From an uncultured candidate division Zixibacteria bacterium (GTDB taxonomy: Bacteria; Zixibacteria; MSB-5A5; UBA10806), in assembly GCA_963801605.1 (NCBI GenBank), contig CAWDFP010000007.1, positions 32,001 through 96,000 of the forward strand: a stretch of 64,000 nucleotides of DNA, given 5' to 3'. Position 1 is the first letter of the stretch; the number at the start of each line of letters is the position of its first letter. Below, piece after piece: positions 9,363 through 18,874 of the stretch. A program made the position numbers and the translations under genes. The notes beneath the pieces are model-generated. The model saw only the letters and a list, made by a program, of their open reading frames with translations, was not told the DNA's origin and did no database searches.

Positions 9363-11198
9363 ATGGCTATTAATCTACGCGAGAAACTTGACGCTGGCAT
9401 TCTTATTTGCGATGGCGCCATGGGGACCTATCTCAACCAAAAGGGGATCTCCTATGACCGCTGTTTCGATGAGCTTAATATTTCGGCGCCCCATCTGGTG
9501 GGCGAGGTGCATCGCGAATATATCGAGGCCGGAGCCGAAATCATTGAAACCAATACTTTCGGCGGCAATCGTTACCGCTTGACTGCTCATGGCTTAGAGC
9601 AAAGCCTCAGAGATATAAATCTGGCTGGCGCCAGGATCGCTCGTGAGGCCCGCGAGGTTTCCGGTATTGATGTTCTGGTGGCCGGATCAATAGGCCCGCT
9701 CGGCAAGCCGCTGGAGCCAATCGGCAAAATTAAACTTTTCGATGCTAAAAATGCTTTTGCTGAGCAGGCTGAGGCTCTCCTCGAGGGTGGCGTCGATTTC
9801 TTTATGATCGAAACCATTTCCAGTCTCGATGAAATGGAAATTGCTATACAGGCTATCAGGGCTGCCTGTGATCTGCCTATCGTTGCTCAGATGACTTTTA
9901 CCGCTGAGGGAAGTACTTATTTCGGGCATACACCGGCCGAAATGGTGGCCAGGTTACTTCCGCTTCGGGTTGATGTTATCGGAGCTAACTGTTCCGTAGG
10001 GCCCCAGAAAATGCTTGATGTCATCGAGCAGCTCTCCGAGCTCGGCGTGGGGTATATCTCCGCTCAACCTAACGCCGGCCTTCCGCGTTACTATGGAGGA
10101 CGGTTCATCTATCTCTCCTCACCCGATTATTTCGCGGAGTATGCCAAATCGTTTGTCAAAGCGGGCGCGTTGATTGTTGGGGGATGCTGTGGGACTACGC
10201 CGGATCATATTGCGGCCGTGGTTAAGGCCACAAAGGGATCAGTTGTTAGCAAAAGAACAAGTACCGTTAGAGTAAATGGGACCGGCATCATCAAAGCAGT
10301 TGAACCGGCTGGAGGAGCCAAAACAAGATTATATGAAAAGCTTACCAGCGGCTTTGCCGTATCCGTTGAAATAGATCCTCCCAAAGGGACAAATCCCGCC
10401 AAATTGGTTGAGGCTGCCAGCAAGATTCTCGATGCTGGGGCCGATGCCGTCAACGTTGCCGATTCGCCGATGGCGCGCGTTAGGATGAGCTGTATGGCCC
10501 TGGCCTATTTGATAGCGTCATCAGTTGATATCGATATAGTTCTGCATTTTACAACTCGCGACCGAAATCTGATGGGTCTTCAGGCTGATCTCATTGGCGC
10601 TAATGCGATCGGCATCCACAATATCCTGGCTCTTACGGGCGATCCGCCCTCCATAGGCGATTACCCTCAAGCTACGGCTGTTTATGATGTGGACTCGATT
10701 GGATTGGTGAGAATTATTTCGCGTTTGAACTCCGGCGCCGATTTAGCAGGCAATTCAATCGGCAAACCAACTGCTCTTTCGATAGGGGTCGGCGTAAATC
10801 CAACATCCCCCAACCAGGATCTTGAGCTTAAGCGTTTGAGAGAAAAACTTGACGCCGGCGGTCAGTATATCATGACTCAGCCTCTTTACGAACTGGATCA
10901 TCTCAAAAGGTTCGTAGACAGTTTTAAGCCTAATGTGCCGGTTCTGCTCGGCGTATTGCCATTGGTAAATTTCAAGCACGCCCAGTTCCTGCACAACGAG
11001 GTCCCCGGAATTGAAATTCCCGAACGAACCAGATCGATTATGCTGAAAGCGGGAGAACGGTCAGCGCAAACGGGCGGTGAACTTGCCGAGGAATTTATTG
11101 AGCAAGCCAGGGGATATGTAACCGGTATTTATCTCATGCCATCATTTGGTCGGTTTGAAACCTGTATCGAACTGGTCAAGCATCTCAAGCAGAAATAG
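9363..11198 (+). CDS. yitJ: Bifunctional homocysteine S-methyltransferase / 5,10-methylenetetrahydrofolate reductase
   Basis: DGAMGT, ETNTF, GANCSVGP, GGCCGTTP (HMT domain); VEIDPP, ADSPMA, RDRNLMGLQ, LTGDP, MTQP (MTHFR domain). Confidence 0.92.
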   Translation: MAINLREKLDAGILICDGAMGTYLNQKGISYDRCFDELNISAPHLVGEVHREYIEAGAEIIETNTFGGNRYRLTAHGLEQSLRDINLAGARIAREAREVSGIDVLVAGSIGPLGKPLEPIGKIKLFDAKNAFAEQAEALLEGGVDFFMIETISSLDEMEIAIQAIRAACDLPIVAQMTFTAEGSTYFGHTPAEMVARLLPLRVDVIGANCSVGPQKMLDVIEQLSELGVGYISAQPNAGLPRYYGGRFIYLSSPDYFAEYAKSFVKAGALIVGGCCGTTPDHIAAVVKATKGSVVSKRTSTVRVNGTGIIKAVEPAGGAKTRLYEKLTSGFAVSVEIDPPKGTNPAKLVEAASKILDAGADAVNVADSPMARVRMSCMALAYLIASSVDIDIVLHFTTRDRNLMGLQADLIGANAIGIHNILALTGDPPSIGDYPQATAVYDVDSIGLVRIISRLNSGADLAGNSIGKPTALSIGVGVNPTSPNQDLELKRLREKLDAGGQYIMTQPLYELDHLKRFVDSFKPNVPVLLGVLPLVNFKHAQFLHNEVPGIEIPERTRSIMLKAGERSAQTGGELAEEFIEQARGYVTGIYLMPSFGRFETCIELVKHLKQK

Positions 11199-11221
11199 TT
11201 TGCTGTGCGAAAAGGCTGTCT

Positions 11222-11427
11222 CGCGGGTTCCGCGGCCCCGACAAGGTCGGGGCATCGAAATCCGATTGGGGGGCTTCCCATCGGGCATTCGCGTCCGTTT
11301 ATAGGCTTCTGAGAATTGACTTCATTATCTTGGGATTTTCATAATAGATTCTGAAATCCAGCTCTCCGGGCAATCCCCAATCGGATTTCTTGCTATCGGT
11401 CCTCCGGACCGATAGGCGGAACCCGCG
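11222..11427. repeat. Nested inverted-repeat (four-way junction) element between convergent genes
   Basis: 11222-11233 pairs with 11416-11427 (12 bp); 11257-11271 pairs with 11375-11389 (15 bp); hairpins at 11235-11253 and 11393-11415. Confidence 0.8.
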
Positions 11428-11526
11428 GCCGAGTAATTCTCTTCGATATGGTACTCGAAACACCCAAAAAAATAATGCCGCCCGGAAACGATTACCTGGC
11501 GGCACTATTAAACTTGTTTGGTTTAT

Positions 11527-12361
11527 CTATCTAATTATCGTCCCGATTCGTGACCAGCGTACTCTTTCCGGAAGATGATAAATATTGAAAGCTACGTTCT
11601 GGACTATCGAAAGCGGATTGGCGGCTGCGATCTCCGGCGGTTTGGGAAAATGCACATCGGGGTCGCTCGGATCATACGACTGCCAGGACCAATGGATCAT
11701 CATCGCTTTGCCTTGTACCAGGCGACGATCTAAAAATCCCCAATAACGCGAATCTGCCGAGTTATCGCGATTATCGCCCATCATAAATAGCTTTCCCTTG
11801 GGGACCACAATTTCAGGCATGTTGTCGCGGTTGCCTTCGGTTTCATAATACCCGCCGGCGTTATCCCAGGTATAATTGCCGGCTTTCCACACTTTCTCTT
11901 CGGTGTGCGGAAGCATCGGCCAGGCTGAACTTGCGTATTGCCCATGTGGTGGAAGCGGCACTAATTTATCATCGACATAAACCTGTTTATCGACAATTTT
12001 GACTTTTTGGCCCTCGATCGCGATACAGCGCTTGATATAATTCTGACGGGTATCTCCGGGGAATTTAAAAATGATGATATCGCCGGGCTTGGGTTCGGCT
12101 AAGGCTGGAAGCCTGATATCGGTAAACGGTATAGGCAAACGCATTCCATAGACGAATTTATTGGCTAATAGGAAATCTCCGACCAAAAGAGTTTTTTCCA
12201 TCGAGCCTGATGGTATCTTATATGCCTCTACAACCGAGGCTTTAATCATCAGGGCCAATATTAGGGCTACTCCCAAGAGATTGGGTGTAATCCCATACGG
12301 TTTCAAGGAATGTGCGGTTTTGCTTTACTTTTTTCGGCTTTTTCTTGGAGAACAGTGACAT
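11527..12361 (-). CDS. lepB: Signal peptidase I; apparent +1 frameshift near 12272
   Basis: IPSGSME (catalytic Ser), YIKRC (Lys), MGDNRDNSADSRYWG. AGGAG-ATG at 12361 encodes MSLFSKKK...DYTQSL, which joins ORF 11527-12306 after removing one base. Confidence 0.93.
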
Positions 12362-12590
12362 TAACGCTCCTTTTAGAAAGCTGCTTATTCAGCTAATTCT
12401 ACCCTTTTTATCCACAAAAGGTTGCATAAATCTAACACAATATAAGCTTTTAATCAAATTTAATTCATTAGCGATAACTGCCAAATTTCATGGCTTTTAG
12501 TCCGTAAAAGTATTATTTAAAATTGCTCCTCACATTCTATTTATAATATGTCAAATAAAAATACTTGAACGAACTTTAATCTGATAGTAT

Positions 12591-13082
12591 ATGCAAAGCA
12601 TGATAGCCAAATCGGGACCATCCGGAAATGACGGGATCAAGGTCGTGGCCACCAACCGCAAGGCTCGTCACGACTTCGAGATATTGGAATCGTTTGAGGC
12701 CGGGCTGTCGCTTCTTGGAAGCGAGGTCAAATCGCTTCGGGATGGCAAAGCCACACTTAAGGACTCTTATGCCACTGCGGCGTCCGATGGTGTTATCCTT
12801 CATAATATGCATATTGCGCCTTATGAGAAGACAGGCTATGCCGGCCATGAACCTGAACGAGCCAGGCGGCTTCTGCTTCATGATCGAGAAATCCGCAAAC
12901 TAATCGCACTTTCTGACGAGAAAGGGTTGACACTTATCCCGTTAAGGCTTTATTTCAAGGGAAAGTATGCCAAGGTCGAATTGGCCGTGGCACGCGGCAA
13001 ACGTCAATATGATAAGCGGGCCGCCATTATTGAACGCGAAACCAGGCGGGATATCGATCGGGAATTTAAGCGCCGTCGATGA
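12591..13082 (+). CDS. smpB: SsrA-binding protein
   Basis: NRKARHDF, EAGLSLLGSEVKSLR, RRLLLH, GKRQYDKR; start could be 12600. Confidence 0.97.
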   Translation: MQSMIAKSGPSGNDGIKVVATNRKARHDFEILESFEAGLSLLGSEVKSLRDGKATLKDSYATAASDGVILHNMHIAPYEKTGYAGHEPERARRLLLHDREIRKLIALSDEKGLTLIPLRLYFKGKYAKVELAVARGKRQYDKRAAIIERETRRDIDREFKRRR

Positions 13083-13110
13083 ACAAGCCTGCCTTGATGG
13101 GGTATAAAAC

Positions 13111-14580
13111 TTGATGCGAAATTACTTTCTGGTACTTTTAATTATAGCCTTTGCTTTTATCCCTATAGCTTATGGCCAAACGCCTGCAAGCGGCGGCGGG
13201 GATATTGAATCTTATCAAATCGATGGTGATACTTATGTCAAATCAAGCGCTGTCGCCCAATTTTTGGGCGGCACCGAAAGCGTTGATTTCCTGTCCAAGA
13301 GAGGCAAAACCGATTTTAATGGCATCAGTATCGAATATTCTCTTTTCTCGCCATTTATCAAATCCGGTGATGATATCTACAATATCTACAAACCGGTTAT
13401 ATTTCAGGATGGCTCATTTCTGCTTCCGATCAATTACCTTATTTCGGTGCTAAATAAGATATCCAACCAGGAATACGCTTGGGCCGGGAAAAGCCTCAAA
13501 GTATCCAGCCCGGAGTTTAACGTTACCGGTATCAGCGCCTCGCAGAAAATAAATGGCCTTCTTATTGAAATAAATATGAAGGAAAATCTGAAATTCGATG
13601 CCATGAAAACGGATGATAACTGGTTGGCGGTTACCATATCCGATGGCAAGATAGATTCGATGGCGTTCCGTAAACGAATTCCCGCTAAGGCGATTTACGA
13701 GGTTAAAACTTATCAGTTCGATAATTCATGCCAGGTTTCAATTCGGCTTCGTCCCCGGGAATTCACCTATACCGCCAAAGTCAAAGAAGACCCTCTTCGC
13801 ATTCAGTTCCTTATCAGGGGCGATGGTTTTTCTGATTCGGCTATGATTGCCGAGGAAAAAGCTCCTCTTTCCGATAATCCCATCGATGTCATTGTCATCG
13901 ATCCCGGTCATGGCGGTGAGGATAACGGCGCGGTTGGACCTACCGGCACCAAGGAAAAGAATATCACCCTGAAAATTGCCAATGAGCTTTATAAACTCCT
14001 CAAAGACGATGGCCGATTCAAGCCGGTTTTGACTCGTCAGGATGATGTCTTTGTCCCGCTGTCTCAAAGGACCGCTCTGGCCAATTCGGTCGGCGGAGAT
14101 ATTTTAGTTTCGATCCACACCAACGCCGCCAAGAATAAAAAAGCGACCGGCGCCATCGCGTTTTTCCTGGCCGACGCCAAAACCGATCAGGCCCGCGCTG
14201 CCGCCAGTCTTGAGAACAGCGCCATTCGATTTGAAAAATCCGATGAGCAAAAGCAATACGACACCGATCTTGATTTTACGCTCCGCGATATGGTGCAGAC
14301 TGAATATCAACGAGAGTCCGCCGATTTCGCCGATATTATGGTAAAGGATATGACCAGCCTTACCGATGTTGCCTCGCGCGGAGTCGACCAGGCTGGATTT
14401 TTCGTACTCGATAAAGCCTATATGCCGGCCGTGCTTCTGGAAACCGCTTTTATTTCCAATAACAGCGATGAGAAAAAACTCAAGAGGGATGATTTCCAGA
14501 AGAAAACCGCCAAAGCCATATATGATTCCATAGTCTCTTTCAAGGAAAGATATGAAAGCCAGAACCGATCATCGCACTAA
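13111..14580 (+). CDS. N-acetylmuramoyl-L-alanine amidase (Amidase_3, AmiA/AmiC-like)
   Basis: Signal peptide; VIDPGHGGED, EK, SIHTNA, PAVLLETAFISN. Confidence 0.92.
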   Translation: MMRNYFLVLLIIAFAFIPIAYGQTPASGGGDIESYQIDGDTYVKSSAVAQFLGGTESVDFLSKRGKTDFNGISIEYSLFSPFIKSGDDIYNIYKPVIFQDGSFLLPINYLISVLNKISNQEYAWAGKSLKVSSPEFNVTGISASQKINGLLIEINMKENLKFDAMKTDDNWLAVTISDGKIDSMAFRKRIPAKAIYEVKTYQFDNSCQVSIRLRPREFTYTAKVKEDPLRIQFLIRGDGFSDSAMIAEEKAPLSDNPIDVIVIDPGHGGEDNGAVGPTGTKEKNITLKIANELYKLLKDDGRFKPVLTRQDDVFVPLSQRTALANSVGGDILVSIHTNAAKNKKATGAIAFFLADAKTDQARAAASLENSAIRFEKSDEQKQYDTDLDFTLRDMVQTEYQRESADFADIMVKDMTSLTDVASRGVDQAGFFVLDKAYMPAVLLETAFISNNSDEKKLKRDDFQKKTAKAIYDSIVSFKERYESQNRSSH

Positions 14581-15376
14581 AGCCATTGGCGTTTTCGATT
14601 CCGGTATCGGCGGCCTGACAGTCGCCAAGGAGATTTTCCGGCTTCTTCCCAATGAGAACGTCGTCTATTTTGGCGATACCGGACGATATCCTTATGGCCC
14701 GCGTTCCCCTGAAATCGTTCGCAAATTCGCTCGTCAGGATGTTAATTTTCTGCTGGAGCATGATGTCAAATTTATCGTGGTGGCCTGCAATACCGCCTCG
14801 AGTTTGGCTCTCGGATATATTCAGCGTATCTATAATATCCCCATGCTGGGCGTTATCGAACCTGGCGCCAAAGGCGCGATCAACAAATCGGCCACCAAAC
14901 GGATCGGAGTAATCGGAACTCAGGGAACGATTAACTCTCTGGCCTACGAGAAAGCGCTTAAGGCCTTGGATGGTTCACTTCGAATCTATTCCCGCGCCTG
15001 CCCGCTTTTTGTGGCGCTCGCGGAGGAAGGATATATCGATCAGCCCGCCACCAGGCTTATCACCGAGGATTATCTCAGCGAACTTAAAAATAAAAAGATC
15101 GATACGCTTATTTTCGGATGCACCCATTATCCGCTTCTGAAACACACCATTGCGGCCGTCATGGGTAATGGCGTCAGGCTGATCGATTCCGCCGAGGAAA
15201 CCGCTCGGGCCACTCAACAGGCCCTGAGTTCGCTCGATCTGCTCAGCCCTTCAACCATTGCAGGAAAACGACAGTTTTTCGTATCCGATTCCCCCGACAA
15301 ATTCAAGCGTATCGGCCGGCTTTTTCTGGGTACCAGGATCGGTAAAGTCGGCCTGGTCGATATCAATTCGTATTAA
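14552..15376 (+). CDS. murI: Glutamate racemase
   Basis: FDSGIGGLTV, PYG, VACNTAS, GCTHYP. Confidence 0.97.
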   Translation: MKARTDHRTKAIGVFDSGIGGLTVAKEIFRLLPNENVVYFGDTGRYPYGPRSPEIVRKFARQDVNFLLEHDVKFIVVACNTASSLALGYIQRIYNIPMLGVIEPGAKGAINKSATKRIGVIGTQGTINSLAYEKALKALDGSLRIYSRACPLFVALAEEGYIDQPATRLITEDYLSELKNKKIDTLIFGCTHYPLLKHTIAAVMGNGVRLIDSAEETARATQQALSSLDLLSPSTIAGKRQFFVSDSPDKFKRIGRLFLGTRIGKVGLVDINSY

Positions 15377-15402
15377 TTAATCCAAATTACTGATTTAATC
15401 TT

Positions 15403-15999
15403 GTGAAAAAGCTCATACTGGCTACAAATAATATTCATAAGATCTCTGAGATGACCGAAATTCTGACAGGTCTCAATTTGGAGATTCTATCTGCCAGGGA
15501 TTTCCCTGATTTCCCGGATGTTGAGGAAACGGGGGAGACGATGCTTGAAAATGCGATCCTGAAGGTTACAGCCGTTTGGGATAAATATCATTTGCCCGCG
15601 GTCGCCGACGATACCGGTCTGGAGGTTGATTACCTGGGTGGGGCGCCGGGGGTTTACTCCGCGCGTTTTGCCGGTCCGGGATGCTCCTTTGCCGACAATA
15701 ACCATAAACTCCTGTCGCTGTTGAAAAACGTTCCCGATGAGGAACGAGGGGCGCGTTTCAAATGCGTTATTTCTTTCGCTGACGAAACCGGTAAAGTTTT
15801 TTCGGTCGAGGGAATCCTGAATGGGAAAATCGCGTCGTATCCGAGCGGCAAACACGGCTTTGGTTATGATCCTATTTTTATTGTGGAGGAAACAGGCAAG
15901 ACTTTGGCCGAGTTGCCCGCGGCCGAAAAGAATAAGATCTCTCATCGCGGCCGGGCATTGGCTAAGATTCGTCCCTTCATCGAGCTTGCTCTGGGATAG
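15403..15999 (+). CDS. rdgB: Non-canonical purine NTP pyrophosphatase (Ham1/RdgB)
   Basis: ATNN.HK, ADDTGL, PGVYSAR, GFGYDPIF, SHRG. Confidence 0.95.
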   Translation: MKKLILATNNIHKISEMTEILTGLNLEILSARDFPDFPDVEETGETMLENAILKVTAVWDKYHLPAVADDTGLEVDYLGGAPGVYSARFAGPGCSFADNNHKLLSLLKNVPDEERGARFKCVISFADETGKVFSVEGILNGKIASYPSGKHGFGYDPIFIVEETGKTLAELPAAEKNKISHRGRALAKIRPFIELALG

Positions 16000-16068
16000 T
16001 TCATCCTCTAAATAGTTTGATACCACACTTGATTTTATCGGTTTTACGATTTATATTCGCGCTTGAAA

Positions 16069-16142
16069 CGGGGCGTGGCGCAGCCTGGTAGCGCACATGG
16101 TTTGGGACCATGGGGCCGGAGGTTCAAATCCTCTCGCCCCGA
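16069..16142 (+). tRNA. tRNA-Pro(TGG), CCA not encoded
   Basis: Acceptor CGGGGCG/CGCCCCG, anticodon arm CATGG-TT-TGG-GA-CCATG, GTTCAAATC T-loop; TTGATT-17-TATATT promoter upstream. Confidence 0.96.
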
Positions 16143-16211
16143 TTTTATCAGTTCAAAGTAATTTGTGCTGAGAATTAAAAATTGCAGTGATCAATATAAT
16201 TTTGAATTATT

Positions 16212-16285
16212 GCCCCCGTAGCTCAACTGGATAGAGCAGCTGCCTTCTAAGTAGCAGGTTAGCCGTTCGAGACGGCTCGGGGGTA
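16212..16285 (+). tRNA. tRNA-Arg(TCT), CCA not encoded
   Basis: Acceptor GCCCCCG/CGGGGGT, anticodon arm GCTGC-CT-TCT-AA-GTAGC, T-arm AGCCG-TTCGAGA-CGGCT. Confidence 0.95.
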
Positions 16286-16300
16286 ATTGATTTATTTGTC

Positions 16301-16831
16301 TTACTCCGCAGGGTACCATACTTTCACGCCGTCCACTTTTGCAAATGATGTCAGCCGATGCAGGCTGGCCGATTTGGCCGATGAAATATGACGCACCTCG
16401 ATACCGCGAGCCGTTAGGGCATCTGCTATCAGGGAACGATGGCAATGGTAGGGATTTCCCTCGGCGCACATAATAGCGACTCGTTTTTTATCTGCAATAT
16501 CTATAAGTTCTTTGAGTGCCATTTCGAAATCCGAGCTTTGCATATAATCGGCGTAACCTCGAAAGCTGGCATTTTCCCAGGCAGTGTTGATTGAATCCTT
16601 TATGGGGTTTCTTAGCCCGCCCAATGCTTTTAGAGGATGATATTCCATACCTTCCAAAGGTAATTTTTCGGCAAGATTTTCAAGGTTGAAATGGGGATAA
16701 CGTCGGGATTTTGGAAGCGTTCTGACGTCCGCTAAAATTTCTATCTGATGCCCTTTGAGCATTTCGACAAAATTCTCGAATGGTTTTGTCGAATGCCCAA
16801 TTGTAAATATCTTTTTAATTTCGTTACTCAT
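16301..16831 (-). CDS. DUF488 family protein
   Basis: IFTIGHST, LADVRTLP.SRR.PHFN, LGG.R, FRGYADYM, MCAE..P..CHR.LIADAL. Confidence 0.9.
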   Translation of the reverse strand: MSNEIKKIFTIGHSTKPFENFVEMLKGHQIEILADVRTLPKSRRYPHFNLENLAEKLPLEGMEYHPLKALGGLRNPIKDSINTAWENASFRGYADYMQSSDFEMALKELIDIADKKRVAIMCAEGNPYHCHRSLIADALTARGIEVRHISSAKSASLHRLTSFAKVDGVKVWYPAE

Positions 16832-16864
16832 ACTGATTATACCCTTTGTTTCAGGAATATTTAT

Positions 16865-18340
16865 CTAAAAAATTGCTGCAAATAAGCTAAACACAATTCG
16901 GCCGACTTTGTATGGAATCAAACTCAATTCACCGACCCTCTTTGATATCCAGGGGATAAACTGCCGAGCACTAGAAAGCCGCTTGATAAAAGAATCGCCC
17001 ATATATTGAATCATGGTCGGTAAATCCTTTTCGGTCGGCTCGTGGAATCTAAGAACCATCAAGGCCGCCAGCATCCGCAGTAGGCTTGAGATAGCAAAGA
17101 GCAGATGATAATTGATCACCGTCTGCGGTCCCAACTGCCAGTGAATCTCTTTCCAGTTTTGAGCAAGTGTCCCGCCTAATATCGAGGCTATAAAAAACGC
17201 CAACCCCGTAATAACCGAAAAGACCGCCAAATACGCCGTCCGGCTTTGTTTCGGGCTGTTGGCAATCGGGATATTAAATGCCGCTAAATTGAATCCCGTC
17301 CAGAGTGCGCCGGAGTAGACAGCCTCGAAAGCCAGTATCCAGAGATGGCCCGGCCGAGGTATCCACCAGAGCAGCGGCACAAACGCGATTCCAAAAGCGC
17401 AGAAAACTATTATCGGTTTGGACCCGAATCTGTCAACCAACGCGCCCCAGGGCCTGTTGAGCAGCACCGCCGCAATCGATGATGCGCTGGCATAGATCGA
17501 AATCTGAGTAAAGCTCATCTTAAGAATGGAGATCATGTGAGCCGAGAAAAACGCGGCCGCGATCCCGCAGGCGAAATTCCATACTAAAAATATTTTAATA
17601 AGATGTCGGAAGTTCTTGTTCTTTAATGGCTCCTGTATATAGGTCCAGAGAATCTTTGATCTGGTTTGTTCCAATGGCCGATCCGGAAGCTTGTTCATTT
17701 GCATGATTGCGATCAATCCGAACGCACAGCCCAGTCCTATGATTATTGAAAAGCCCCATCCGGCATGATCTATTCCCTTAAAATAATCTAATACTGCCCC
17801 TCCGACCAGGGTCGCGGTAATCGTGGAAATCGCTATAATCCCGCTTCGAAAACCGAAATAACGCCCGCGTATGCGATCCGGCACCAGGTCTGCTACCCAT
17901 GACATCCAGGCGGCCGTTCCCATCATTGCCGCGATATTGGAGATGATTACGATAGCCAATAGTATTCCCAGCCCCCATTTATTATCGATAAGGGGGAGAG
18001 GCAAAAGCAGCCACCAGGTCTGACGGGCCATAACCAGGCTGCGAATAGTGATCGCTTTCCTTTTACCCGATAAATCCACCATATAAGCTGATGCTAATTG
18101 TGCCACCTGCGCCAAAAAGGGAATAGCCCCGAGAAGGCCGATCTCAAAATCGTTGGCGCCCATGAGTAACGCCAATCCTGTTAGAAAAGCCCCGCCGGTT
18201 AAAACGGCGAAAACCATCCCAAATGTGCCTTCAAGCGTGATCCACTCAAGCGATTTACGCAGGGTCGGTCCGCCGCTTGAAGAATTGCCTATATATGATG
18301 GCTCCAAATTGATAGAAGCCCCCGTTATATTCATATCCAC
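16865..18340 (-). CDS. MFS transporter
   Basis: About 12 hydrophobic segments; DLVPDRIRGRYFG and LVDRFGSK MFS-type motifs. Confidence 0.85.
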   Translation of the reverse strand: MDMNITGASINLEPSYIGNSSSGGPTLRKSLEWITLEGTFGMVFAVLTGGAFLTGLALLMGANDFEIGLLGAIPFLAQVAQLASAYMVDLSGKRKAITIRSLVMARQTWWLLLPLPLIDNKWGLGILLAIVIISNIAAMMGTAAWMSWVADLVPDRIRGRYFGFRSGIIAISTITATLVGGAVLDYFKGIDHAGWGFSIIIGLGCAFGLIAIMQMNKLPDRPLEQTRSKILWTYIQEPLKNKNFRHLIKIFLVWNFACGIAAAFFSAHMISILKMSFTQISIYASASSIAAVLLNRPWGALVDRFGSKPIIVFCAFGIAFVPLLWWIPRPGHLWILAFEAVYSGALWTGFNLAAFNIPIANSPKQSRTAYLAVFSVITGLAFFIASILGGTLAQNWKEIHWQLGPQTVINYHLLFAISSLLRMLAALMVLRFHEPTEKDLPTMIQYMGDSFIKRLSSARQFIPWISKRVGELSLIPYKVGRIVFSLFAAIF

Positions 18341-18471
18341 AAAATTATCCTGTTATCGGGATGATTCTTTAATAGCATGAATTGATGCGCCTTATTCCCA
18401 TTACATCCAAACATAGCTTTTTCGCGCCTGACGAAATAAATCATCTCCGTTGAATTCTTTATACTAAACAA

Positions 18472-18500
18472 CCGTCAGGGCTCTCACATATCCCTGACGG
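18472..18500. repeat. REP-like palindrome
   Basis: CCGTCAGGG-11 nt-CCCTGACGG (9 bp perfect stem), intergenic. Confidence 0.5.
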
Positions 18501-18607
18501 CTGATAAAATACTTCTGGCGATTAATATGTCAAACAGATTCGAAATAAATCGTATTTGACAATTTATTAAATCCCGGAAGAAATTAAACCGGGCTAATCT
18601 CGCTATA

Positions 18608-18793
18608 TCAGGATGGCAACTCCAGAACGCCCTCGGCTCTCCAGGCGAGTTTGCGCAGGCATTCAGGACATACGTATGTTCCGTTGAAGAGGTCGATATC
18701 GGCAAATTTGACCTGGATATTGCACATCTCGCATGTAGCGATGCCAACCTTATCGAGTTTGGCCAGCATACTTTCGATCTCTTTTAGTTCCAT
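18608..18793 (-). CDS. Small (61 aa) CxxC...CxxC zinc-finger-like protein
   Basis: CEMC-17 aa-CPEC; SD GGAG before ATG; co-oriented with flanking genes. Confidence 0.7.
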   Translation of the reverse strand: MELKEIESMLAKLDKVGIATCEMCNIQVKFADIDLFNGTYVCPECLRKLAWRAEGVLELPS

Positions 18794-18874
18794 TTTGTCT
18801 CCAATGATTATTAAGGTGTATTTTCAATCTTTTTGTCGCAAATTTCCAATTAGCTTACAAAAATTCTTAACTAT

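Noticed and set aside
12408..12416. Perfect DnaA box TTATCCACA in the lepB-smpB spacer as a sign of oriC
   Set aside because: Single box, no cluster and no dnaA/dnaN nearby.
12362..13110. tmRNA next to smpB
   Set aside because: No tRNA-Ala-like ends or tag reading frame found in the flanking spacers.
16069..18800. Island integrated at tRNA-Pro/Arg (also considered for tRNA-Ser and tRNA-Val)
   Set aside because: No integrase and no duplicated tRNA 3' end seen.
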